A stretch of 64,000 nucleotides of DNA from Octopus sinensis (taxonomy: Eukaryota). The stretch is taken from positions 8,928,001 to 8,992,000 of the forward strand of contig NC_042999.1 of the NCBI RefSeq assembly GCF_006345805.1. Direction: 5' to 3'. Of the stretch, positions 50,838 to 62,751 are shown one piece after another. The notes beneath the pieces were generated by a model. That model searched no databases, had not been told where the DNA came from, and saw only the letters and a program-made list of their open reading frames with translations. Each line of letters begins with the position of its first letter. Within the stretch, counting starts at the first letter, position 1. Both the position numbers and the translations under genes were made by a program.

Positions 50838-50975
50838 GGTGCAGGCGTAGCAATGTGGTAAGAAGGTTGCTTCCCAACAATATGGTTCTGGATTCAGTTC
50901 ATGGCACCTTGGGCAACCCGACCAAAGCACTGTGCGTAGATTTGGTTGACGAAAACTGAAAGAGGCGCGTCGTAT
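50838..50975 (+). mobile_element. SINE family B head fragment
   Basis: GGTGCAGGCGT..C..TGTGGTAAG...GGCACCTTGGGCAA. Confidence 0.7.
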
Positions 50976-51150
50976 ATATGTATTAAATTCAACTTATGTT
51001 GAAAGTCAACAAAGTTTGCTTTAGAAGCGTTGAGACGTATTGAAAGATAAAGAAATAATTTTATTCTCAAACGCAGGATAATGATAATAATATAGCATCT
51101 TACAAAGCTAGATTTATATGTCCTAAATTTGCAGAAGAATTTGTCGTTGA

Positions 51151-51223
51151 GAGAGTTTAGCTTAATGGTAAAGCACTTGATGCGTAATCACAGGGCTGTG
51201 AGTTCGAGTCTCATAGCTGGCCA
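51151..51223 (+). pseudogene. tRNA-like relic (tRNA pseudogene or solo SINE head)
   Basis: TAGCTTAATGGTAAAGC D-arm, GTGAG-TTCGAGT-CTCAT T-arm, CGT at the anticodon position; acceptor stem only 5/7. Confidence 0.4.
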
Positions 51224-51337
51224 CCGACAGATTTTTCTGCAAAATGTGGATAGTTTATCATGTTCATGCTCTATTATTAACATTATCCTGCATTTGAGAA
51301 TAAAATATTTTACTTATCTGTATATATATATATATAG

Positions 51338-51404
<67 letters not shown>

Positions 51405-51619
51405 ATATGACAGTAACATTGTATCGGTCCCTCACTATAATTTCAATCGATCAATCAATCGAGTGAATAAAATTAACCATGAACGCCGCAAATATATCAG
51501 AAACATCTATTGGTCTATAATGCGCTAATAAATGTATAAATCGCCCCTCCACAAACATGCAAGTATACACACATGTTCACATACATACACACCAACTACT
51601 AAATGAATGAGGTGTAGGA

Positions 51620-52240
51620 AGTCTTTTAATTTACACTCCCTCATCATTGCTTTTGATATAGATAAAACCTTCCGAGATTTGATAGATAGACATTTCCTCA
51701 ATAAAGTTGACTATTACAGAAAATCCTTCACTAGACAAACAGTTAAGGTAGCTGCACCCATAATATGAAATACATTATACCAAAGAAACCCCTAGTGCTA
51801 AAACTAAATTTTCCTATAGGGAGATTACAGCAGGCTCCTAAAAGGATCATTTAACATCAAAACCAAGTTTTACGGGCAAAATTCAACTCAACGTGTGCAA
51901 ACGCTAAATCTCACGTAAATCGCTACATCAGACTGACCGAAATATACTTACAGTGGAGATTCCACCTCTAAACTACTTCATTCGAGAATATCGAAAACGA
52001 AATATGCAAAGTTTAACAAGCTTCACTAGTCATCTAAAAGAAAATGGATCAACCATTGGCATCGGCCGGAAAACCGCCAGACAATTCTGACCGTTCGTAA
52101 ATGCCACCAAGAAACGCAAACTCTGCATAGCAGAGAAATATATATTTCCCCGAGACTTTTGCAGTAATCAGACTTTTATCCTAACACTAAATCAGAGATC
52201 TTGACCTTTCGCATTCACGAGAAAACATTCATATTAGGTC
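51620..52240 (+). mobile_element. Penelope-like element relic (Naiad-like)
   Basis: DIDKTFRDLIDRHF...YYRKSFTRQTVKV; NRYIRLTE; PFVNATKKRKLCIAEKYI; LTLNQRS. Confidence 0.7.
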
Positions 52241-52289
52241 CTTGGCACATCATCATAAACCACTTTTATTTAGAGACATTTATTGCATG

Positions 52290-52321
52290 TAACACGGGCA
52301 ACGCCGGGTATCTCTGCTAGT
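52290..52321 (-). mobile_element. Orphan 5' end of a Lep1/HINE-like Helentron
   Basis: ACTAGCAGAGATACCCGGCGTTGCCCGTG. Confidence 0.55.
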
Positions 52322-52416
52322 ATATATATATATATATAATATCTCTTAAATGTTCCTTTGTGAACTTTTTGTTCAACTCACGATTTTGTACCACATTGGT
52401 TTTAAACTTTAATGTA

Positions 52417-52810
52417 ATCTCTCTCTATATAAAGCTGAAGTTATCTGTGTATGGCAGATTTGGTAGCCTTCATATAATACTATCTCCTCCGAGAACCTGC
52501 GGCGCAAGCTGACAAAAATTGAAAGTATGATAGAAGAAGGCTTGCTCTTCCTTCCGTAGAAGAAAAATTCAAATCGGACCATGTTAACACCAAAACTTAG
52601 TTACATCAAAAAGGTGGGTTTTTTTCTATGAAAATCCCTATTTTTTACGAATTTTTGACAACTGTGTCGCAATTTTTCGGTGTATTTCAACCAAAAAAAT
52701 GTTCACTTAAAGAGAATAACAAGCTTCATGATGCAAAATTTTTACTTTTCAAAAATTTCAATTCTAAAGGGTCGAAATAAACCCGAGAAACACCGGGCGA
52801 TACTGCTAGT
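52417..52810 (-). mobile_element. Non-autonomous Helentron/Lep1-like element
   Basis: 5' ACTAGCAGTATCGCCCGGTGTTTCTCGGG (as at 16620); 3' CTTCAGCTTTATATAGAGAGAGAT. Confidence 0.75.
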
Positions 52811-53218
52811 TTTGCCATAATTTTAATATCCTCATTCCTGTTTTTCTTATTTTTCTACTTGGGATTTTTCTCCTATAAATTTTCCTCCAACACTCCAGGA
52901 ATAGATAGTTTTTCAAGTTTTCTCATTCCTTTCTTATACTCTTCCTATGTCTGTCTCTTTCTTCACTCTCTCTCTTTCTCCCCTCTTTCTTTGTTTCTCT
53001 CTCTCTCTTTCTTTCTCTCTCTCTCTCTCTCTCCCTCTTTCTCTCTCTCTCTCTCCTTCTCTCTCTCGCTTCTTGCATGCTTAAGCGGAATGTAAGATAA
53101 CTTCAAACAAACCCAATCTTTTATCTTTCAAGATTCGCTGACAGATGGGAATGCAAATATTTAGTAAATTTGAATGTGCAGAGTGCTTGTGTTCAAGAGT
53201 TTTATATTTCTGAATTCG

Positions 53219-53285
<67 letters not shown>

Positions 53286-53329
53286 CACACACGCTCGCGC
53301 ACGCATGCACGCACACACAAATTTGCATG

Positions 53330-53455
53330 AGTGCAGTCGTGGCTGCGTGGTAAAAAGTTTGCTTCCCAACCAGATCTAAGATAGCCACGAGTTGACCAAA
53401 GCCTTATGAGTGGTTTTGGTTAGAGGAAACTGAAAAAAGCCCGCTGTATACATAC

Positions 53456-53521
<66 letters not shown>

Positions 53522-53830
53522 AGCCACTACACACATATTTTTCTCTCCTCGTTTCTCTCCTTGTGTTTTTTCTGTGTCCCTTTCTGTATAAGAGCGTAGG
53601 CTCGAAATGTAAAAGACTTTTTCAATTTTCTGAGAGTTATACTAATACTTCTGTTTGTCTTATACACCACCTGTCTTCGTCTTTTATTTTTTCGTAAACT
53701 CACCATACATATATATATATATGTATGTATGTATTTGTGAGGTGCTTGTCTCCTACCGCCGCTTCACAAGCGGTGTTTGTAACATAGCGGTTCAGCAAAA
53801 CATAAAAGTAACATAAGTATCAGGCTTCGT
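53330..53830 (+). mobile_element. SINE family B, degenerate, with an insertion in its internal (TA)n
   Basis: Head at 53330-53450; body resumes ~53740-53830. Confidence 0.6.
53515..53705 (+). mobile_element. PLE pseudo-LTR-like fragment in (TA)n, with hammerhead-like motif
   Basis: CTTT-CTGTATA-A-GAGC GTAG GCTC-GAAA-TGTA-AAAG. Confidence 0.5.
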
Positions 53831-53976
53831 TTCGGATTCGTGGTATTGGCAAGTCACAAAGATGACGAAACATCGATGTCACTTAAACATTTATGTTGAA
53901 GTGAAACTAACGGTTTTTGTGTATTCTTGAATGGCTTACAGATATCTTCGATGCTGATATTGTTTGTGTTTGTGTT

Positions 53977-54041
<65 letters not shown>

Positions 54042-54482
54042 CGATTTATACACAGAGAGAAGACCCTTGGCAGGATTCTCTGTGCGTAAGTCGTTATACA
54101 CTCTTACATATAAAATATGTTATGTAAAAGTCTTATGACTTTTATTAAGCATGCGAACCACTGGTAATAAATTGTTTTAATATTTTACCCTCATATATAT
54201 ATATATATATAAATATATATATATATAAAGAGAGAGAGAGAGAGAGAGAGATTGAGAGAAAGAGTGAGAGTGAAAGAGAGAGAATAGTGGTACAACAAGA
54301 CACCAATGTTTACTGGAAATAGCAGTCGATAATCTTACGCCGCTATAGTAAAGCTTCCACTCATATATACTGGCAAAGCGGTGTGCGGGCAGCGAACATA
54401 AAAAAATTCATCTTACCTCTAGGTAGAACATTGGATAAATGAACAATCCAGAATCGGATAATCTAGTACCTATTTATAAAAA

Positions 54483-54813
54483 AACCCCTTCGGTTATGAA
54501 TGACCATGGGATTGCACCTAGAAAGTTACCCTCCTAGACACAAGTCCGGGCAATGTTGTTTATGGAAGACCAGCAGTCGCCCATGCATACCAGCCTCCCC
54601 TCACCACGCCACCAGTGTTATCCAAGGGAAAGACAAAGGTCGATACAGCTTGGCACTAGTGACGTCGCAACTCATTTCTACAGCTGAGTGAACTGGAGCA
54701 ACGTGAAATAAAGTGCCTTGCTCAAGAACACAACACGGAGCCCGGTCCGGGATTCGAGCTCACAACCTCACGATCGTAAGCTCGACGCTCTAACCACTGA
54801 GCCATGCGCCTTC

Positions 54814-54815
<2 letters not shown>
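54483..54815 (-). mobile_element. tRNA-derived CORE-type SINE family E
   Basis: GGCTCAGTGGTTAGAGCG...GCTCGAATCCC head, GTTCTTGAGCAAGGCACTTTA core. Confidence 0.85.
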
Positions 54816-54886
<71 letters not shown>

Positions 54887-54887
54887 T

Positions 54888-54919
<32 letters not shown>

Positions 54920-55492
54920 AACGAGAAAAGAAGCAACAAGAATGGATTAGTTTTTTAGTACAATTGTTTCATACAAAGACAGGCTTTATTAAAAGTTGCA
55001 AATATTGCAGCAGATAGAAGTGTCCCGTACTCATCAGCTAAAACACATAGTGGGTGAGGCTACACTCATGAAGTATTGGAGATAATTTCATTAAAAGCAG
55101 ATTCAGGTTGTAAACAGACTTCCAAAGTTCTTTAATGATGATGCACAGTCTTATCACAGGTTTTAAAAAAGCTTATTAGCTTCACAGAGAAGTTTAATCC
55201 ATCCATAGTGTAGGTGTAAATTTCCAGAGATATGAGGAGGTATTTCATACTCACAGACGATGAATTTATCCATGGTTAATCCACAATGAGGTGGGTATAA
55301 TTTCATGCTATATTATAAGGTATTTGCCACATTACTGTTCTCTTCACAAAACTGCTATGTTATGACTTCTAAAGGCTGAAGGAATTTTGTGGAGCAAAGA
55401 AAAGAAAAGGAAAGAGAAGAGAAGAAAAAAGAAAAAAGAAGAAAGAAAAAAGAAAAGAAAAAAAGAAAAAACGCCCACATAGTGTATACTGT

Positions 55493-55563
<71 letters not shown>

Positions 55564-55757
55564 GTAGCCAGTTGGAAAATCTTAATAAGAGATGAAAGTA
55601 GTATGTATACTGCTAAGTAAATTTTATCGCCGCATCAATAAGACTGTTCGATGATACTACCGTTTTAACCCCAGGCAGATCTTTCGTCCGCTGGTTATAA
55701 GAGCAGTCTGCACCCTGTATATATTGCAGTCAGGGGAGCGAACTTCTACCATCCTCC

Positions 55758-55989
55758 AGTAGACGACCAGGTCGGGAGACCGACTTGGTTTTGGGCTGTT
55801 TCTACCTATCTCCAGTTGCGAACACCCGGTCGCTAGGGAGAAAGATACGGGGTACATTCTCGCTTTTATCATTCTATATATTGGGAGATGGAGCGGGCGC
55901 TGGCCATGTCTCTAGCGTCGGGTGTTTGCGACTGAGGATGGGCATTTATAGTCCGAAACCGAGTCGGTCTCGCGACCACATCGTCTACT
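55758..55989. repeat. Imperfect inverted pair of hammerhead-bearing segments (79/78-bp arms, 75-bp spacer)
   Basis: 55758-55836 versus reverse complement of 55912-55989. Confidence 0.85.
55926..55975 (+). ncRNA. Type I hammerhead ribozyme, intact-looking
   Basis: TTGCGA-CTGAGGA-T-GGGC ATTTATA GTCC-GAAA-CCG AGT CGG-TC^TCGCGA; all three stems pair; cleavage predicted after 55969. Confidence 0.8.
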
Positions 55990-56968
55990 TCAACTTATAT
56001 TCTGTTGATTTACATTCCGTTCTTTGGTCACAATGTGGGTTTTATCATCTCGCACCCGATTCATCTATCGTAACATCACATATCTACGTATCCCCAAATG
56101 CCTATATTTTCTTTCTTACCTCTTGTGGGTTTAATAACACATGAGTCTGCCTTGTAACAAGGTTGTCTCTTCAGTTTACGATGTACGGGCGAAGAATGGT
56201 TCGTGGCGGAGTGAAATATGGTTTTATAATCTTTTCAAGCAAAGCAATATTTTATTGCCTTTAATTATGTACGAAATTAAATACAATGGCCAATAATCTG
56301 CTTGTGACGTTAATTATAACTGTGAAGTAATTATAGAAGGCGTGGTTTCGCAACATAATGAAATGTTTTGAATAAAAATCTAGTAATCATTGAACTTAGA
56401 AAGGCAAAGTTTAAAAACAAAAACCATTGAACACATTTGTGGCCTCATCCTAATGAAAAACATTATTTTAATTACCATTGGCTAAAGTGTTGTTTGGTCG
56501 ATAAAAAATTAACATTTTAATAAAGCACGTGCAGTTTGTAATCTAAAGTAGACAACAAGAGAAGTGTGACGTTCACAATTTCCCTGAGGCCTTTAGCGTG
56601 AGAATGAAGCAAAGAGGCTTTTAAAATGTTTAATGTATTTCAGTTGCGATCAGATAAAAATCAAAATTTCTCTATCCAAACCACAATTTTCCTTCTTCTT
56701 GAAAACGATTAACAGTATTTTTGGTCTTTTTTATTTCTTCAATTTTTTCTTTTTTTTACTTGACACCTTGTTACAGCTTCGCTGTATCCAAGCAAAATAT
56801 TCAAAAAATCCTAACAAATTCACATCATCAAGTTTAACGATAAACGAAAATCGTCCCTTCAATGGTTTATACAATTAGTGCCATGCCTCAAATGTTTTAC
56901 TAAGGATCGAAGCTATAACATAATTCAAATTCCCAAGACAGTACCTTGTTATTCATAACATTTATTGA

Positions 56969-57240
56969 GGTGAAGGCGCATAGCTAGTGGCTAACATCGA
57001 TAACTCCCGATCACGAGATCATAGGTTCAATTTGGTTGGGCGTTGTGTCCTTGAGCAAAAAAATTTCATTGCAAGTTGCTTCAGTCCAGTCAGTTGTACC
57101 TGGGTTTTAGATGGTTACTCAGGAAAATCATCCGAAATGAGGTCAAGCGAGCGACGTTTTGTATTCAGTGACCTGTCTGTCTGGCCGGAAATTGTTGTCC
57201 AGCCAGATCGAAGACTGAATGAAAAAGAAAGTTGCTGAAA
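56969..57240 (+). mobile_element. SINE family E-like
   Basis: GGTGAAGGCGCAT.GCT head, GTTGTGTCCTTGAGCAA core. Confidence 0.7.
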
Positions 57241-58066
57241 TAAGGCAACCATTGTTGGTTTGATGGCGAATGAATGTGCTCAGCGTCTTCCGTTAATCGT
57301 ATGTTTTACTGAAGAAGTAAATTATACATGATTTAATATTCATATGAATATAATAATATATAATAACTATACGCATAATGCTTTAATTTTCCTGTTAATT
57401 TTATATAAACTGCGAATCTTGATGATTAATTAATCCAACTAAATCAAACGGAAACAATTTAAAGAATATTTAAAACATTAAACGGAAATCAAACCCAAAT
57501 TGACATGGCTTAGTAACGTTGATGTACCCAACGTTAGTCAGCTTACACATATACACTATACCCGAATACATGAGATGCGTCAAATAGATATACACTAAAG
57601 GAAATCGTTTTGTACATCTTATATTCCAATATAAAAGGTGGGATAAAGATGATGATTTGCAAATAACTTGCATATGCAAGTGCTACCAGTCAAAAACTCC
57701 ACATACCGGAAGCCAGGAAGTGTATGAGGTCATCAGGAGAGAATGCGCGCCGTTTCGAGGCCTACTTCTCGACGGCATCATTACAAACCGCCGCCCAACC
57801 CCTCACTGGCATGAGGCCCGGCTAGCGAGATCAACTGGCTATCAAGTATAGCTCAATATCCTTCTAGCCATCGCCCATCGTCTCTTTTTAACCAAATCCA
57901 GTGGTTTGCCTTTTCCACTGTAGTTTGGATATTTCTCATGGTGGCATTTGTTTTACGATGAGTCAGGCTTAACGCTAACAGCAGAAAATGGGACAAAGAA
58001 AACCATCTGAAGCAAAGTAGAGATGAAATATCTCACATTCTGTCGTAAAATAAACAGAAATACAGG

Positions 58067-58626
58067 AACAGGGTGTTCAAAGAGTCTCTCGGCAGTAAGT
58101 GTTTTATTGCAAAATAAATATTTCTAAGATGGTATAAGACTACAAACGAATATATTAAACTTTACAAGACTTCAGAAAACCTTTATAAGAGGTGCTAAAA
58201 GTGTCGTCCTTCATTTTCAATGCATAAGTTCACTCTTCTACTCATGTTATGAAATACATCTTGGGGAGGCTGACGTGGTATGCACCGTGTGAAGGATCTC
58301 ATTGTGTCTTTTAGCTCATTAATGGTTTACGGGCGATTCTAGTACACTGATCCTTCACTTGCTCCCTAGAAAAAATGTCTGGCGGTGTTAAATCATGTGA
58401 TCTTGCTGACCAAAATCCTTTAAAAATAATCCGTTCGCCGAAAAACTCTTGAAGAAGCGCCATGGTAATACACGAAATATGTGTTGTAGCTCCATCAGTA
58501 TGCATTATTAATTTCACTTTCAGTGAGTTGGCCTACAAATGGATGGAGAATATTTGAACAATATCTCTCGGTGTTGATGGTGTCTTGAAAAAATTCACTG
58601 CGGAGAGACATTTTGAACAACCTGTA
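58067..58626 (-). mobile_element. Internally deleted Tc1/mariner-superfamily (ITm) element with both TIRs
   Basis: TIRs ACAGG.TGTTCAAA..GTCTCTC.GCAGT; catalytic relic DGATTH...EFFGERII.KG.W.ARSHDLTPPD. Confidence 0.8.
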
Positions 58627-59057
58627 TTAACTGATTTAACTTAAAACCCCTTCCAAAGCCTGACTAGCCTTTAGCTTATAATTGTGCTGTTACCTCTTTA
58701 CAGCAAATACATTTGTTTCTTATCGCAACTGCTTCTTTTCTGACCACTTCTATTTGCGATCTCCCAACTCACCTTTTCTTTTCCTCCTTTCCACCTTTCA
58801 TCAAACACTTTGTGTCCCTCCTCAAGCCTCACCCTCCCCCACAACATCATGTCCTCTTCGAAACAATATCGGCTGTTTGCACTCCCCCCTCTCCCCACTG
58901 CCAATACCTCTCCTGCAACCATCGATTTGCAACCGTTGCTGCATTAACAGCATCAATCTCATCGGAAAATTTGTGAAGGCCGTCAGCGCAACCACTTAAA
59001 CCAGTCATACTAAATATAACAACTACTGCTATTATAAGAGCTTCACTAGTTTTACTT

Positions 59058-59059
<2 letters not shown>

Positions 59060-59102
<43 letters not shown>

Positions 59103-59177
59103 TATATATATATACAGAGAGAGAGAGAGAGAGAGAGAGACATATGTATTCATATATATATATATAATATATATATA

Positions 59178-59224
<47 letters not shown>

Positions 59225-59226
59225 AT

Positions 59227-59262
<36 letters not shown>

Positions 59263-59274
59263 GTATTCATATAT

Positions 59275-59310
<36 letters not shown>

Positions 59311-59440
59311 ATGTATTTATATATGTATCTTTGTATGTATGTATGCATACATATATATGGAAGAAGAAGAAGAAGAAGAAGAAGAAGAAGAAGAGAAGAA
59401 GAAGAAGAAGAAGAAGAAGAAGAAGAGAAGAAGAAGAAAT
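59060..59440. repeat. Compound (TA)/(GA)/(GAA) microsatellite field with a duplicated block
   Basis: (TA)n-CAG(AG)n-ACATATGTATTC block occurs twice; (GAA)n at 59360-59438. Confidence 0.9.
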
Positions 59441-61276
59441 ACAACTGAGGGTTGAAGGATGGGAAACTTTAATTGTAAAAGATGAAACCAAGGGTAAATT
59501 AGAAGGAAACTTTCTATCAATAACCGATCTCAATCCGTCCTGGAAGTTCAGATGAAAACCATTTGGTGTAGAATAAATTATTGTCTGTTGAAAGCACTAC
59601 GCGGATCTAGAACTCAAAAGGTCATTTAGAAAAGAACCTGTCCGACGTTAAAAAATGCTTGTCATTTTGTGTCACGTTTCTGGATTTGAAGTCTGGCTAA
59701 TAATTGACTAACAATAAAGAAATGATAGTGAACTAGTGCGTGTGTTATTATTATTATTATTGGCGTAATGATCCTCCCAACACACACATGTGTGTCTCAA
59801 CATTCGAATTCACATAAAAAGCCTTGCAAACCAAGTACAAAAATCGAATTATTATTAAAAACATTCTGTTTAGCTCTTTCATCGATGAATCAGAATAACG
59901 ACGAGCTAATATATCGATCTGTCATCTGATGTAGTCTGCAATCAGTGGTAAGACACTGAGCCAACTCCATGTTTGTTTAGTAAGAGGGAAACAAAGAAGT
60001 CTTGATGTGTCACCAGTGGAAACTCCGGACATTTCGTTGGTTTAAGATGAGGAAATAAAGTAAATACATCAAAGCCATTCATTTCTCTCTTTTTCTCACA
60101 TAATTACGTCTTCTGTCTGTTGAACTCATTCAACACAAACACAGATTAAATATTGTTGTCATTAAGTAGGAAGACAATGAGAAAATAAAACAATTAGCTT
60201 CTCTAAAACAACACATTTATAATTACAGTAATGTTCTAGTATCATCAAATTTGATGTGATTTTACGCCGAATAATTTAAATTCAGTTCCTCCGTCTGATA
60301 ACTCGAGATGAATTCACATTCAGACATCATATTTTCCATTTTCCTCTCATTTTATATTAAGTTTCAAGCTTATTAATTTATGTTTATTGAAATGATAATC
60401 ATCCATGCAGTGATGGTGAGATCGAATGCAACATACTGTTTATATATTTATTAGACGTACGTAAATTAGTAATGAGTTTATTTCATTCATTCAAATAAAT
60501 CCATTTACAAAATCTAACTCCCTTAATTATTCAGTGTCAAATATTTTGAGACAGGAAATTTCGAAAGCAGACGATCTTATTTAAAATATATAGATTGGCA
60601 TATTTTAGTTGCAGAATAGAAGATAAAATTATTGAAATTAATGAGAACAGAAATTCGAGAAAAATTCTTATATGTAATAGCGAATATTTGCGAAGCAGAG
60701 ACAAAAGCCATTCTTAGACTAAATGCTTTGAGCTATTTTGTCATCTGATTTCAACTCATTTCAACACCTTCCGAAGCTGAGTGTACCTGTACTTTTCCTA
60801 TCACCCTGGTCGATAAGTTTCCAAGTGTATTTTGTAGCAAGATAGTTCGTGGAAAACTTAGATAAGTTTTGTTGCCATTAGGAATGCGAATCTAACGAAT
60901 CGTATTCTGAGTTTGAGAGAGAGAGAGAGAGGTGGAGATTTTATCACTTTTCGTTGTAGACAGTAAACTATATTCTTTGGTAATTGCTTATCGACTCTAC
61001 CACCTTCATAACAAAGCTGAAGTAATCTACCAATGTAAGAAATCACCAGCGATGTATCTTAAGTGTTTAGCGTTCTCTGAACACCACAGAACTTGAAATC
61101 AGAAAAGAGATATTTGATTAACAAGATTTTTGAATTTGATAGCTTATTACCCGGCAATTTCGTTTACTCTGTTATATTTGGACGCTGCATAGTTGATAAG
61201 CTGTTTGTGTGAGGCGCGGTGAAATGGCAAAAGTAATCTAACGCTCAATGAAATTATCATCAGAATTTACTTCGAT

Positions 61277-62247
61277 AAGGCGGCGATCTGGCAGAAACGT
61301 TAGCACGTCGAGCGAAATGCGTAGCCGTATTTCGTCTGCCGTTACGTTCTGAGTTCAAATTCCGCCGAGGTCGACTTTGCCTTTCATCCTTTCGGGGTCG
61401 ATAAATTAAGTACCAGTTACGCACTGATGTCGATATAATCGACTTAATCCGTTTGTCTGTCCTTGTTTGTCCACTCTGTGTTTAGCGACTTGTGGGTAGT
61501 AAAGAAATAGGTGTTTCGTCTGCCGCTACGTTCTGAGTTTATATTCCGCCGAGGTCGACTTTGCCTTTCATCCTTTCGGGTTCAATTTAATAAGTACCAG
61601 CTACGCACTGGGGTCGATATAATCGACTTAATCCGTTTGTCTGTCCTTGGTTGTCCTCTCTGTGTTTAGCCCCTTGTGGGTAGTGAAGAAATAGGTATTT
61701 CGTCTGCCGCTACGTTCTGAGTTGAAATTCCGCCGAGGTCGACTTTGCCTTTCATCCTTTCGAGGTCGATAATTAAGTACCAGTTACGCACTGATGTCGA
61801 TATAATCGACTTAATCCGTTTGTCTGTCCTTGTTTGTCCACTCTGTGTTTAGCGACTTGTGGGTAGTAAAGAAATAGGTGTTTCGTCTGCCGCTACGTTC
61901 TGAGTTTATATTCCGCCGAGGTCGACTTTGCCTTTCATCCTTTCGGGTTCAATTTAATAAGTACCAGCTACGCACTGGGGTCGATATAATCGACTTAATC
62001 CGTTTGTCTGTCCTTGGTTGTCCTCTCTGTGTTTAGCCCCTTGTGGGTAGTGAAGAAATAGGTATTTCGTCTGCCGCTACGTTCTGAGTTCAAATTCCGC
62101 CGAGGTCGACTTTGCCTTTCATCCTTTCGAGGTCGATAAATTAAGTACCAGCTACGCACTGGGGTCAATGTAATCGACTGAATCCATTTGCCTGTCCTTG
62201 TTTGTCCCCTCTATGTTTAGCCCCTTGTGGCCAATAAAGAAATAGGT
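61277..62247 (+). mobile_element. SINE family A pentamer: one head plus five ~184-bp units
   Basis: Units start at 61327, 61511, 61695, 61878 and 62062; degenerate TSD ATTTAC(T/G)TC(G/C)AT at 61265 and 62248. Confidence 0.92.
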
Positions 62248-62417
62248 ATTTACGTCCATGTATCTACGTCAAACAGTTTCAGTTCGTAGTGTATTGGGCG
62301 CTTCCTTCATCTGTCGAGGTCGATACAATAAGAACCTGTAATGTTCTTTTCACGACAGTCAAGTACAATCACGTCGTCCAAATATAAGGACCTGTGCTAA
62401 TATTTATATTTATAAAA

Positions 62418-62615
62418 GGCCTGAAATTTTGTGGGAGGGGCCCAGTCGATTAGATCGGCTCCAGTACACAACTGGTACTTAATCTATCGACCCCGAAAGG
62501 ATGAAAGGCAAAGACGACCTCGGCGGAATTTGAATTCGGGACGTAAAGACAGACGATCTACCGCTAGGCATTTCGCCCGGAGTGTCAACGTTTCTGCCAG
62601 CTCCTCGCCGCCTTC
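62418..62615 (-). mobile_element. SINE family A, short form
   Basis: Full head, core and tail. Confidence 0.85.
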
Positions 62616-62751
62616 TAATATTTATATACTAATACTAAATGTGTGATGATGTCATGTGATCAGTTCAAGGGAGAGGTGGAGAGAGAGGGAGGGAGAAAAG
62701 AGTTAGCGGTGAGAACCAAGAGAGTCGAAGAAAGAGGAGAGAGAGGCGGAG

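Noticed and set aside
53845-53885. GTCA-CAAAGA-TGAC-GAAAC-ATCGAT-GTC
   Set aside because: Core would need three substitutions and stem I does not pair.
56240-56600. Cluster of CCAAT, TGACGT and CACGTG motifs suggesting a promoter
   Set aside because: Short motifs in AT-rich DNA with no linked gene or CpG enrichment; cannot be supported.
57735-57790. Hammerhead-like scar (minus: CCGTCGA-GAG...CTC-GAAACGGCGCG)
   Set aside because: Core has two mismatches and there is no NUH triplet; possibly an old PLE LTR relic but unsupported.
61327-62247. CRISPR-like or retrozyme reading of the tandem units
   Set aside because: There are no unique spacers and no cas genes. Units are SINE bodies; CTGATGT is not a hammerhead core.
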